A DNA stretch of 64,000 bases from Camelus dromedarius (taxonomy: Eukaryota): positions 37,696,001 to 37,760,000 of the forward strand of contig NC_087449.1 of assembly GCF_036321535.1 (NCBI RefSeq), written 5' to 3'. Positions 58,555 to 64,000 of this stretch are shown here, one piece after another. The translations under genes and the position numbers were made by a program. The notes beneath the pieces are model-generated. The model saw only the letters and a list, made by a program, of their open reading frames with translations. It did not search any database and had not been told where the DNA came from. The first letter of the stretch is position 1; every line of letters begins with the position of its first letter.

Positions 58555-58684
58555 TTTTGGGCAAACATCATGTAGCCCTTCTTAATGATCTTTCTCTCAG
58601 AGAACAAAACAGGGCCCTATGGGGCACAGAGCTCCCTTTCCCCGTCTCCTTCCTCTAACAGCCACACCCCAGACCAGCTGGTTA

Positions 58685-64000
<5,316 letters not shown>

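Overview
Mammalian genomic DNA, not prokaryotic. It is very likely a camelid, judged from repeated copies of a tRNA-Ala-derived Vic-1-like SINE. The window holds the conserved NSUN4-UQCRH-LRRC41-RAD54L block. NSUN4 (- strand, 6 exons, 384 aa) and UQCRH (- strand, 4 exons, 91 aa) are complete. LRRC41 (+ strand) has exons 2-10 visible; exon 1 and parts of exons 5 and 10 fall in N gaps. RAD54L (- strand) is represented by its last 7 exons. UQCRH and LRRC41 share a bidirectional CpG-island promoter, and LRRC41 and RAD54L overlap tail-to-tail. The rest is mostly L1, L2, MIR, LTR and hAT relics. The main unexplained signal is a 2.8-kb intronless Pro/Ser/Cys-rich ORF (22632-25442, - strand) nested in NSUN4 intron 1. 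It has three kinds of internal repeat, a duplicated CRE plus GC-box module upstream, an anomalous start and an open frame past its stop. I recognise it from memory as the likely orthologue of mouse SHTAP (sperm head and tail associated protein, encoded at the Nsun4 locus); this is unverified. A weaker candidate of similar type lies antisense in LRRC41 intron 1. Exon numbers for LRRC41 and RAD54L follow my recollection of the human genes.
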